The translations under genes and the position numbers were made by a program. This document shows positions 48,388-55,752 of a stretch of DNA of 64,000 nucleotides, in pieces. Position 1 is the first letter of the stretch. Each line of letters opens with the position of its first letter. Under the pieces are notes generated by a model. The model was not told where the DNA came from, did not search any database, and saw only the letters and a list, made by a program, of their open reading frames with translations. Origin of the DNA: Candidatus Saccharimonadales bacterium (GTDB taxonomy: Bacteria; Patescibacteriota; Saccharimonadia; Saccharimonadales; JAYRRP01); contig JAYRIP010000005.1 in NCBI GenBank assembly GCA_041906765.1, positions 65,581-129,580 on the forward strand. Reading direction: 5' to 3'.

Positions 48388-48432
48388 AATCTTACCCTTT
48401 AGTATAAGCGTTATCCAGATAAGGGCAAGCGC
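48313..48432. repeat. copy B of ~120-bp duplication (PrgI-like gene start + promoter)
   Basis: See copy A at 46696-46817. Confidence 0.85.
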
Positions 48433-48441
48433 TCCTTCTAA

Positions 48442-48468
48442 GGACTGTGGACTAAATACTACGGACTA
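48442..48468 (+). repeat. heptamer array GGACTGT|GGACTAA|ATACTAC|GGACTAG
   Basis: It consists of four tandem 7-nt units. The leading string CTGTGGACTA is shared with the array at 46871-46880. Confidence 0.8.
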
Positions 48469-48495
48469 GAACTCTTTGAGATTCACCCCTGAGCA

Positions 48496-49371
48496 CTATT
48501 CTCTGAGTTCTCTTAGTTTTTTTCTAAGTTTTTCTTGACGTGTTTCGAGCTTGGTAATCTTACGCTGCCTTCTTCTTGCTGGTACGGTCTCTCCTTGCGT
48601 ACCTCTTTCTAATCGCTCTTCTCGCCTTGCAATATATTTTTCTATTCTTCTTGCTTCGCGGATTTCCCGAAGCTGAGCCCTACGCTGATAAGGTCGGTTG
48701 CGTCCGTTCACTATGCTATCAAAATGTTCCCTAGAACCCAGGGAGCTCTCGAATGGAGCATCAAGTTTGGCAATTTTTTGTCTTTTCATCTCACGACGTT
48801 TTGCGTCTGGAGAGCTAAAATGCATTAATTCTATAGGTGTCTCTTGGGGCGTAGCTTTTGTCTGGTAGTTGTCGTTTAGTTGACGTAGTCTTACCTGCTT
48901 GCGCCGGATTCTTTTTACTTGACCCTGGCGGTGTAAAGAGGTGATACGTTCAACCATCCTTACTGGTTTGACTTCTTCTCTTTCTGGTGATGACTTAAAG
49001 CTACGACTTACAGTTGCGCCAGCGGGCGCTTCTTTTATTACATAATCAGATGAGGTAGCTTTGCGTAGCTTTTTACTCGTTCGGTGTAGGCGCCTTTCGG
49101 CTATAAATCTCCGGATTCCAGCTATCACTGAAGTGGAGTCGGTAATTTCTGTTGCTTCAATGTCGTTATTGTCACCTTCTGGTGTTGTTGGGTCTGTCGC
49201 GGCAACCTCATTGAAGCCCGAAGTATCACCTTGGCTGGGGGTATTTGCTCGGGTCTGCTCTACATTTGAGTTTGGAGGCGACTGAGTTTGAAACTCTGCT
49301 GGCAGCGGTGGCGTACCAGGAGGAAGAGGGAAAGGCTCAGTATTTTCGGGAGGTAGAAGAGACTCTGACAT
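48496..49371 (-). CDS. hypothetical highly charged protein (Pro-rich N-terminus, Arg/Lys/Glu-rich C-terminal half), T4SS-locus member
   Basis: It is 291 aa with no TM segment and a C-terminal half rich in R/K/E (RRRQRKITKLETRQEKLRKKLRELRE). It has its own strong promoter. I recognised no family. Confidence 0.5.
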   Translation of the reverse strand: MSESLLPPENTEPFPLPPGTPPLPAEFQTQSPPNSNVEQTRANTPSQGDTSGFNEVAATDPTTPEGDNNDIEATEITDSTSVIAGIRRFIAERRLHRTSKKLRKATSSDYVIKEAPAGATVSRSFKSSPEREEVKPVRMVERITSLHRQGQVKRIRRKQVRLRQLNDNYQTKATPQETPIELMHFSSPDAKRREMKRQKIAKLDAPFESSLGSREHFDSIVNGRNRPYQRRAQLREIREARRIEKYIARREERLERGTQGETVPARRRQRKITKLETRQEKLRKKLRELRE

Positions 49372-49378
49372 GGTTGTT

Positions 49379-49407
49379 ATAGTATCATTAAATCATGATA
49401 TTGTCAA
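49379..49407 (-). promoter_or_regulatory. near-consensus promoter TTGACA-17-TACTAT, 7 nt upstream of ATG 49371 (leaderless candidate), embedded in an inverted repeat
   Basis: The reverse strand reads TTGACA (49407-49402), a 17-nt spacer, TACTAT (49384-49379), then aacaacc and the ATG. An 8-bp inverted repeat, TATAGTAT / ATACTATA, flanks the region. Confidence 0.55.
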
Positions 49408-49448
49408 TACTATACTCTTGAACTCTTGGCTGATATATGGGTTCACGG

Positions 49449-52403
49449 TCAAGGCGTTGGGCCAGGAACTCCTGTGTAACCTGGCGGTATAGGACTAGTA
49501 GCACCTCCCGCATCATAGGCTCCTGCACGAGTGTGTATTTCCTGGGCAAGACTATCTGCACTTGGCGTTACTCTTGTTGGATCATGCACGGTCATATGTG
49601 TACTGACTATTTCGCCTAGTTGGTCTGCAGTTGAGAAAGGCCGTCCATATGCGTCAACAGCAGCCGGGTCAATCCCAACATGAGCCATAAGCGCCATGAT
49701 TTCTTGACGATTTTCAGGACTGGCGCTGCCAGCTGCCCCACGGATTGAGGTAATTTGTGAAGCATATTCGATGGCAGCATCATGGTCACCAGCTGCCATG
49801 GCTGCATTAAAGTCATCACCTAATTGTTGAGTCAGTTGATCAAAGCCATTATTTCTGCCGGCTACCAAGCTATGTACACCGCCTGCTTGGATAGTACGTG
49901 CTCGCATTCTCCTGTTGACTTCAGCACGTGAGGTGCCATTACGCATGTCATTAAGTGCGTTATATTGATCAACGTGTCCCGCAGTTGCAAGATCTGGTCT
50001 TCTCGCTCTTTCAGATGAAGAACGCATGCTTCCTAGCATAGCATTCTCGAGTGCCTGATTTCCGCCCGCACTGTCCATTATTGCTTGGTACATATCTGCG
50101 TGAGTATCATAGCCAGTTCCAGTTGCGGCGCGGCCCAAATCAGATGCTATGCTCACCGCTTGTTGTGAACCTGATTTTTGTGCCCTCTCTACCATAGATA
50201 CAGCTTGATTAAGTGAGGCAGATCCCTGCGCACCAAACCGTCCGGTAGCCACCAGTCTTCTTTCTATTGCATCACGGCTATGATCATATTTCATTGCCGT
50301 CAAAAGATGATCATCTGCAGCCACTGCTTTCATGTCACCATTTTCTTCTAATAATTTCTGGGCCTCAAAGAAGGACTGCATATCACGCTGGCTGTTTATT
50401 CTGCCTCGCATTCGGGCAGGATTGATACCTGCTTTGCCAAGTAAGGTTGCTGTCTGAAGGTGCCTGTTTAATCCACTTAGCCGGCCCTCCGGATTAAATC
50501 TTCGCCCAGACTTTGTATTCTGCCAATTTTTAGCAACTTCTTGCTTTCTAAAGCCCTTCAGACGGTCGAAGGCGCCGCGAGAGCGGTCGTTTACTAAGCC
50601 ACCAATTTGTCCAACTGCACCGCCAGCCAGTCGGAAGGCAAACGGCAATGCAAAGTATGGCCCAAAATAGGCGGCAAATGCAATGAGCGAAGCCAGCGTA
50701 TCATGGAGTGTTGAATCGCTACCCGGTACAGTAGTAGAATACGAAGCCACTTTTGCAAATGCATGCCCCGTAGCAATAAATGCGGAGATTATAGGAAAGG
50801 CGACCAGTGCTCGCCAGAAGAAGTCCCACCACATTTTCCAAACTCGCTCCGTGTTGGGCAATATGTAACAGGCTATGGCAATAGGGGCAACTATCACGAG
50901 CATCAGAATTAATAGTTGCCGAGCCGTTAGTACCAAAAAGGCTATGAGTACCGCAAGAATAGCTGTCCCCATAAGGCTGAGTATTCCCAGGAAACCGAGT
51001 GATAATCCCGCCGCACCAACAGCAACGGTTCCTATTGTCATTGCGCCATTATTAAAAGTCACTCCGTCTTTAAAGTTAGCATCAAATAATCTCTCAATTA
51101 ATTCTCTAATACCTACTCCTGCCACATTTGAAAATTCAATCAGAATGCGCAAGATTGGTAACGAAATTGAGATAAATATTACTGCAAACACTAGGCGAGG
51201 CATTACCTTTTTGATGGTGTACGCATCGAATGGTCCCCAGCTGACGGCTTGAGAAATTACCATCACTAGGCCGGCAATTACCAGTAAACCAAGCGAAAGG
51301 TTGCGCATACTTCCCCACGCATTTCCGAGACTATTGTTACTATTGTCGAAATAGTCCGCAGTAGGGAATGTCAGCATATAAGTGATGAGATTATCCAGTT
51401 GTCTAACCGCGCTCTCCGCTAACTTCAGCAGTGGACACATAAACCACTTAAGCGGATTCCAAGAAACAGCATCACAATCTATACCGGTTTTACCAGCCGC
51501 ATCACCCCCTTCACCGGGTCCGGGGGGCACCTCTACTCCTGCAGCTAACTTTTCCTCTATGCACTTTACAAGATCATTAACTCTCCCTTCGGCTATACAT
51601 TGCTCTTCGGCAATTGCCCGTTTATAAGCTTCTCCGCTGCTTATATAGGCATCCATACTACCTAATTTCTCCGCAAGCTCATTACATGTCATTGTTTCAT
51701 CATGTTCACCAAAATCTGTCCCCATTGGGTAAGTTCCAGCGTAATCCACACCTTTTTTTCTAAACCAACTGTCATCAATCTTCACGAAATTTGGATTATT
51801 TCCAGGTGATTCGAGTTCATTACCGGCATCAGGCGTGGCACACTTTAATTCAAAAGTATATTTAAGCCTCCTTATTCGTTCAGCATCTTGTAATGCTCGG
51901 TCTTGGATGTATTTATCCATTTTGCCAAGCATATTAGCCCTCTTGTCATAGTTAATTGCGGCACAATTTATAAGTTGCTGTTCCGGTGTGCAAGAATCGT
52001 ACAAATCGGCAAAAAACGCTCTATTATTTGCATATCCTAGATCCCTAACACTGCTACCAAAACTATTACAGTCGGCTGATCCACGCTCTTGATCAATCTC
52101 ATACCCTACATATGCACTTCCTCCTCTGCCATCACCTCGGTCGTATATATTGAGCGCATCGACTTTTGCTCCAATGTTAGAGTTTATTTTATAGGCAGCA
52201 TTGGTTTCGATACACTTCTTAAAGGCGACCATTTGCGTCCTTTTGTGCTGCTCATTTTGATCAGTGGTGGCACCCGCTGCATATGCTTTTGGTGTGCTTG
52301 TAATAAGTGGTGCCACAAGGCTGATCAGCACTACTATTACGTATGTGACAATGTAGAGGCGATGCAGTTTTGTTTGACCAGTTTTATTGTGTTTACGCCA
52401 CAT
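49449..52403 (-). CDS. VirB6/TrbL-like polytopic T4SS channel protein with large N-terminal ectodomain and ~400-aa C-terminal soluble extension
   Basis: It is 984 aa. It has an N-terminal anchor helix, a Cys-containing ectodomain of about 340 aa, a block of about 7 TM helices (residues ~370-600), and then a long hydrophilic tail. The topology and its position next to PrgI/VirB4-like genes support the assignment, but the family call was not verified by search. Confidence 0.55.
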   Translation of the reverse strand: MWRKHNKTGQTKLHRLYIVTYVIVVLISLVAPLITSTPKAYAAGATTDQNEQHKRTQMVAFKKCIETNAAYKINSNIGAKVDALNIYDRGDGRGGSAYVGYEIDQERGSADCNSFGSSVRDLGYANNRAFFADLYDSCTPEQQLINCAAINYDKRANMLGKMDKYIQDRALQDAERIRRLKYTFELKCATPDAGNELESPGNNPNFVKIDDSWFRKKGVDYAGTYPMGTDFGEHDETMTCNELAEKLGSMDAYISSGEAYKRAIAEEQCIAEGRVNDLVKCIEEKLAAGVEVPPGPGEGGDAAGKTGIDCDAVSWNPLKWFMCPLLKLAESAVRQLDNLITYMLTFPTADYFDNSNNSLGNAWGSMRNLSLGLLVIAGLVMVISQAVSWGPFDAYTIKKVMPRLVFAVIFISISLPILRILIEFSNVAGVGIRELIERLFDANFKDGVTFNNGAMTIGTVAVGAAGLSLGFLGILSLMGTAILAVLIAFLVLTARQLLILMLVIVAPIAIACYILPNTERVWKMWWDFFWRALVAFPIISAFIATGHAFAKVASYSTTVPGSDSTLHDTLASLIAFAAYFGPYFALPFAFRLAGGAVGQIGGLVNDRSRGAFDRLKGFRKQEVAKNWQNTKSGRRFNPEGRLSGLNRHLQTATLLGKAGINPARMRGRINSQRDMQSFFEAQKLLEENGDMKAVAADDHLLTAMKYDHSRDAIERRLVATGRFGAQGSASLNQAVSMVERAQKSGSQQAVSIASDLGRAATGTGYDTHADMYQAIMDSAGGNQALENAMLGSMRSSSERARRPDLATAGHVDQYNALNDMRNGTSRAEVNRRMRARTIQAGGVHSLVAGRNNGFDQLTQQLGDDFNAAMAAGDHDAAIEYASQITSIRGAAGSASPENRQEIMALMAHVGIDPAAVDAYGRPFSTADQLGEIVSTHMTVHDPTRVTPSADSLAQEIHTRAGAYDAGGATSPIPPGYTGVPGPTP

Positions 52404-52496
52404 TGAAGCTTTTTGGTGTTATGTTAAGTCTAATTAGAACGTATTGTAACAAATAGAACGCTTATGTTAAATAAACCAGAACATCTTTTATGTTTA

Positions 52497-52529
52497 TTAC
52501 TTGTGCAAAAATCAAAAAACAAGTAATAT
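52497..52529 (+). promoter_or_regulatory. candidate pilin-operon promoter (TTGTGC-17-TAATAT) overlapped by an 8-bp inverted repeat TTACTTGT-N14-ACAAGTAA
   Basis: The inverted-repeat arms lie at 52497-52504 and 52519-52526, and the hexamers at 52501-52506 and 52524-52529. Upstream, direct repeats of TAGAACG occur at 52433 and 52454, 21 nt apart. Confidence 0.35.
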
Positions 52530-52561
52530 TCAACCTAAAGTAAGACCTTTTCTTAAAAAGA

Positions 52562-53044
52562 ATGAAACAAAAAATAATACAAAGCATTCATTTGTTAGGA
52601 ATAATTCTTGTCAGTGCATTTGTAGCTTCGATGTTACTTCTTCCTGGTAGTGCTCAGGCGCAGCCTAATTATTTAGTGTCGCCACGAATTGTTGCCCAGA
52701 CTCCTCCACCAGACCAACAAGCACAACAGGACCCAGAGAAAATACCCCCAAAAGAATTACCAAGATCTGAGGGTTCAAGGGAGTGCAATAAAGATGTCGC
52801 AGGAGAGTGTGTTTCCAAAATGTTTGACTATATAAATTATGCTATTGCGGCAGTGGCAGCACTGGCAGGCGTAGTAATGATAATCGTTATAGTTGCGGCC
52901 GGCATTGAATATGCCTCTGCCGGTGGTGACCCGCAAAAAGTAGCCAGTGCCAAAAACCGCATCCGTAACGCTATTATCGGGTTAGTCGCTTTTGGTTTAC
53001 TATATGGATTCTTAAGCTGGCTTGTGCCTGGAGGGATAGGCTAA
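52562..53044 (+). CDS. VirB2/TrbC-like T4SS pilin paralog 1 (longest, Pro/Gln-rich N-terminal region)
   Basis: It has a signal peptide ending in AQA. The C-terminal two-helix module is AGIEYASAGGDPQKVASAKNRIRNAIIGLVAFGLL, shared by all six paralogs. Confidence 0.6.
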   Translation: MKQKIIQSIHLLGIILVSAFVASMLLLPGSAQAQPNYLVSPRIVAQTPPPDQQAQQDPEKIPPKELPRSEGSRECNKDVAGECVSKMFDYINYAIAAVAALAGVVMIIVIVAAGIEYASAGGDPQKVASAKNRIRNAIIGLVAFGLLYGFLSWLVPGGIG

Positions 53045-53045
53045 G

Positions 53046-53420
53046 ATGCTCCAGTATCTTTACCTGTTTGCGGCAGCGTGTAATAGCAAAAATTTCTTAG
53101 GTATTTTGCCCACCTGGTATAAATATCTGCCAACTTCACCAGGAAACGGGCTAGAATGTAATGTGAACTTTGATCCTAGGCAGGCCGACCAATGGGGTTT
53201 TATAGCCTTAGCATTCGTGGACATTTTGGTACGTATAGCAGGAATAGTTGCCTTAGGCTATATCATCTATGGCGGTATTCGATATATCACTAGCCAGGGT
53301 GAACCGGATGCTACCCGTGCTGCCCAGCATACGGTAATAAATGCCGTCATTGGCCTTGTCATTGCAATAATCGGTGCTACCGTTATAGGGTTTATCGGTA
53401 CTACCCTGGGAGGATCCTAA
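53046..53420 (+). CDS. VirB2/TrbC-like T4SS pilin paralog 2
   Basis: The C-terminal module is GGIRYITSQGEPDATRAAQHTVINAVIGLVIAIIG. Confidence 0.6.
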   Translation: MLQYLYLFAAACNSKNFLGILPTWYKYLPTSPGNGLECNVNFDPRQADQWGFIALAFVDILVRIAGIVALGYIIYGGIRYITSQGEPDATRAAQHTVINAVIGLVIAIIGATVIGFIGTTLGGS

Positions 53421-53423
53421 ATC

Positions 53424-53705
53424 ATGACGTCCACTTTGTTTACAATTATTTCCCAGATAAAAACGGCACCATTACCAAATGTTGATGACAGTACGACGGT
53501 CAAGGTATTACTCCAGCTAACCTTTGGCATTGCAGGTGCGCTGGCAGTGTTATTTCTTGTGTGGGGTGGCTTTAAGTACGTGACCAGCCAGGGTGAACCG
53601 GATCGGATTGCTAAAGCCAAAGACACCATATTATATTCGGTTATTGGGCTGGTGGTTACCATTGCATCATATGGAATAGTAGCGTACGTAACGAGTTGGC
53701 TATGA
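53424..53705 (+). CDS. VirB2/TrbC-like T4SS pilin paralog 3 (shortest)
   Basis: The C-terminal module is GGFKYVTSQGEPDRIAKAKDTILYSVIGLVVTIAS. Confidence 0.6.
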   Translation: MTSTLFTIISQIKTAPLPNVDDSTTVKVLLQLTFGIAGALAVLFLVWGGFKYVTSQGEPDRIAKAKDTILYSVIGLVVTIASYGIVAYVTSWL

Positions 53706-54082
53706 AATACAGAGCAATATTTGCATCAGTAATTATACTTTTGAGTATGTGCGTGGTGACATTTGGGTTGGCGCCAACTGCAAGAGCTTTTGCTCCAGTC
53801 AAAACCGCTTGCCCAGCAGAATCAGCGGGCTGTCCAGCAAACAAATCCAATCCTTTTTATGGTCCTAATGGGCTTATTACCAAAGTCACCAAAGTACTCG
53901 CTATTTTTACTGGCGTGGCAGCGGTGTTTGTACTGGTGATTGCCGGAATATCATTTATGACTTCCGGTGGTGAGCCGAGTAAAATTGCCACGGCCCGGCG
54001 CATGGTGCTGTATGCAGTGGTGGGTATTATGGTAGCAGTACTGGCACAAGGCGTAGCAAGTTATGTATTATCTAAGCTATGA
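53702..54082 (+). CDS. VirB2/TrbC-like T4SS pilin paralog 4
   Basis: The ATG at 53702 overlaps the upstream TGA (ATGA). It has a signal peptide ending in ARA. The module is AGISFMTSGGEPSKIATARRMVLYAVVGIMVAVLA. Confidence 0.6.
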   Translation: MKYRAIFASVIILLSMCVVTFGLAPTARAFAPVKTACPAESAGCPANKSNPFYGPNGLITKVTKVLAIFTGVAAVFVLVIAGISFMTSGGEPSKIATARRMVLYAVVGIMVAVLAQGVASYVLSKL

Positions 54083-54483
54083 GTACAAAACGATTTAATT
54101 TGGTCATAGGAATAGGAATACTTACAGGAGTATTTATGACCTCTGCGGTTTTGTTTATGCCGCGTTACAGTTACGCGCAATCAGACCCCAAGAACGCGGT
54201 TTGCGAAGGCGCACAGATAGGGCCAAACTGTTCTGCAGTACCTGGGGGCATTACTGTCGACAAGGTACTAAAGTTTGCGTTGAATACGCTCAGTATTGCC
54301 GCTGGTATCGTTGCTGTCGTGATGATGATTGTCGGTGGATTTAAGTATATGACCTCACAAGGTGATGCTAGCCAGACTGCCGCCGCCAAAAACACTATTC
54401 TCTATGCGGTAGTGGGGGTCATCATTGCAGTTCTTGCCCAAGTGATTGTGCGTTTCGTCTTAAGCAGGGTAAAGGGTAAATAA
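54079..54483 (+). CDS. VirB2/TrbC-like T4SS pilin paralog 5
   Basis: It has an ATGA overlap with paralog 4. The module is GGFKYMTSQGDASQTAAAKNTILYAVVGVIIAVLAQVIVRFVLSR. Confidence 0.6.
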   Translation: MSTKRFNLVIGIGILTGVFMTSAVLFMPRYSYAQSDPKNAVCEGAQIGPNCSAVPGGITVDKVLKFALNTLSIAAGIVAVVMMIVGGFKYMTSQGDASQTAAAKNTILYAVVGVIIAVLAQVIVRFVLSRVKGK

Positions 54484-54568
54484 AACGTAAAATCGCCAGT
54501 AGCAACTTGTATCTGCACAGCAATTTATGATATAACCAAAAGCAAGATAAGAAAGGCAAAAAGTTATT

Positions 54569-54985
54569 ATGATCAAGAAAATCAAAACACTACTGCTCAC
54601 TGTCAGCTTGGTAGGAGGCTTAGTTGCTCCCTTAGCGCTTCCGGTTGCAGCACATGCACAGGATGAGCTTATTCAGCCTACGCGGTGTGGCACCGACCTG
54701 AAGACGAACGATGTGAACTGCCCAGCCTATGACCCAACCTCGGAAGAACGTGTCAATAACATCATTAAACTAGCAGTTAACACCTTCTCGATACTTGTCG
54801 GTATCGTATCGGTAGTCATGATTATTGTCGGCGGACTCAAATACATTACCTCAGGCGGTGAATCAGCCAATGTCACGAGCGCCAAAAACACTATTCTCTA
54901 TGCAGTCATTGGACTTGTCGTTGTTGCACTCGCCCAAATAATTGTACGCTTCGTACTATCTCGAACAGCTAGCGCTGGCTCGTAA
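54569..54985 (+). CDS. VirB2/TrbC-like T4SS pilin paralog 6
   Basis: It has a signal peptide ending in AHA. The module GGLKYITSGGESANVTSAKNTILYAVIGLVVVALAQIIVRFVLSR is closest to paralog 5. Confidence 0.6.
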   Translation: MIKKIKTLLLTVSLVGGLVAPLALPVAAHAQDELIQPTRCGTDLKTNDVNCPAYDPTSEERVNNIIKLAVNTFSILVGIVSVVMIIVGGLKYITSGGESANVTSAKNTILYAVIGLVVVALAQIIVRFVLSRTASAGS

Positions 54986-54990
54986 GAAAT

Positions 54991-55020
54991 TAGTCCTCAG
55001 TACTTTAGCTCGTAGTAGTT
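54991..55020 (-). repeat. degenerate heptamer array in reverse orientation (TAGTCC / CAGTAC / TAGTAG units)
   Basis: TAGTCC (reverse complement of GGACTA) lies at 54991, with related units at roughly 7-nt spacing, just left of palindrome copy 4. Confidence 0.5.
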
Positions 55021-55041
55021 CCTCGTTCCCGAACTGCTTAA

Positions 55042-55064
55042 TTTGCAGGGAGACTCCCTGCAAA
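55042..55064. repeat. 23-bp palindromic element, copy 4 (TTTGCAGGGAGACTCCCTGCAAA, perfect)
   Basis: It has perfect 10-bp arms around the centre GAC and lies 26 nt before the relE stop. Confidence 0.9.
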
Positions 55065-55089
55065 ACAAAACACTCCCAATCCCCATCTC

Positions 55090-55350
55090 TTATCCGTAAA
55101 GTTGGCTATGGGTACCAATAAACCCGAATATAACAAGAGTGTTACCACGCTGGCTATAAATTGCCCGCAAATCTCCTGCAATATTAATACTTCGATAACC
55201 TCGGTATTTACCTCTCAAAGCATGGTCATGTAGCAAGAGGTCTTGAGGATTTTTCTGCCAAAGCAGAATACGTTTGTCGGTTTGGGTACGGAGTTTTGGC
55301 GAAAGTTTTGTGTATTGTTTAAGGAAGCTTCGGGAATACTTAATCCGCAT
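55090..55350 (-). CDS. relE: RelE/ParE-superfamily mRNA interferase toxin (YafQ/RelE-like)
   Basis: It is 86 aa with the motifs LRGKYRGYRSINIAGDLRAIY and GFIGTHSQLY, which are typical of the family. Confidence 0.8.
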   Translation of the reverse strand: MRIKYSRSFLKQYTKLSPKLRTQTDKRILLWQKNPQDLLLHDHALRGKYRGYRSINIAGDLRAIYSQRGNTLVIFGFIGTHSQLYG

Positions 55351-55352
55351 AC

Positions 55353-55643
55353 TTAAAGCTTCTTAGCCTCATTGTGGAGTGACTCGATCATTTCTTCAGC
55401 CGAATTAAATGGTCCGTAGGTTTCACCCCTGTCAACCTCCTGTTCGACTCTTTCAATAATGCGCTCCATTTGGGGTGTCATCCGTTCGGTGGCAGTAAAC
55501 TCTACGCGCCCAGTTGATACCATATCATTCAGGTAGGCGTTGATAAGGGTCGACAACGGAATACCAATTGCCTTAGCGGTTTGTTGCGCCTGGTCCTTAA
55601 GATCTTTATCAATCTTGAAACTCATAGTAGTTTTATCACTCAT
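55353..55643 (-). CDS. relB: RelB/DinJ-type antitoxin
   Basis: It has the ribbon-helix-helix N-terminus MSFKIDKDLKDQAQQTAKAIGIPLSTLINAYL. The ATG at 55643 is chosen because of the promoter at 55651-55679. The track start at 55679 lies within that promoter. Confidence 0.75.
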   Translation of the reverse strand: MSDKTTMSFKIDKDLKDQAQQTAKAIGIPLSTLINAYLNDMVSTGRVEFTATERMTPQMERIIERVEQEVDRGETYGPFNSAEEMIESLHNEAKKL

Positions 55644-55650
55644 GCGTACT

Positions 55651-55679
55651 ATAGTATATACTTTGGCATGAATAGTCAA
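55651..55679 (-). promoter_or_regulatory. promoter TTGACT-17-TACTAT, 7 nt upstream of ATG 55643 (leaderless candidate)
   Basis: The reverse strand reads TTGACT (55679-55674), a 17-nt spacer, TACTAT (55656-55651), then agtacgc and the ATG. This is the same architecture and -10 hexamer as at 49379-49407. Confidence 0.5.
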
Positions 55680-55710
55680 AAGGTGTTCACAAAAACTAAC
55701 TAAGAACCAG

Positions 55711-55751
55711 GGACTAGAATCTATGGACTACGTACTAAGGACTATGGACTA
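55711..55751 (+). repeat. heptamer array GGACTAG|AATCTAT|GGACTAC|GTACTAA|GGACTAT|GGACTAG
   Basis: It consists of six tandem 7-nt units and ends 1 nt before palindrome copy 5. Confidence 0.85.
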
Positions 55752-55752
55752 G

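Noticed and set aside
36226-54985. Calling the T4SS-like block an integrative conjugative element or prophage
   Set aside because: There is no integrase, relaxase, coupling protein or phage structural gene, and there are no flanking att repeats around the block. It directly abuts recF. The only mobile-looking parts are the TA cassettes.
55042-55064. The 23-bp palindromes as ordinary intrinsic terminators
   Set aside because: Because the element is palindromic, the T-run precedes and the A-run follows the stem on both strands. Neither transcript gets the 3' U-tract a canonical terminator needs. Copy 2 also sits between two divergent promoters, where a terminator makes no sense.
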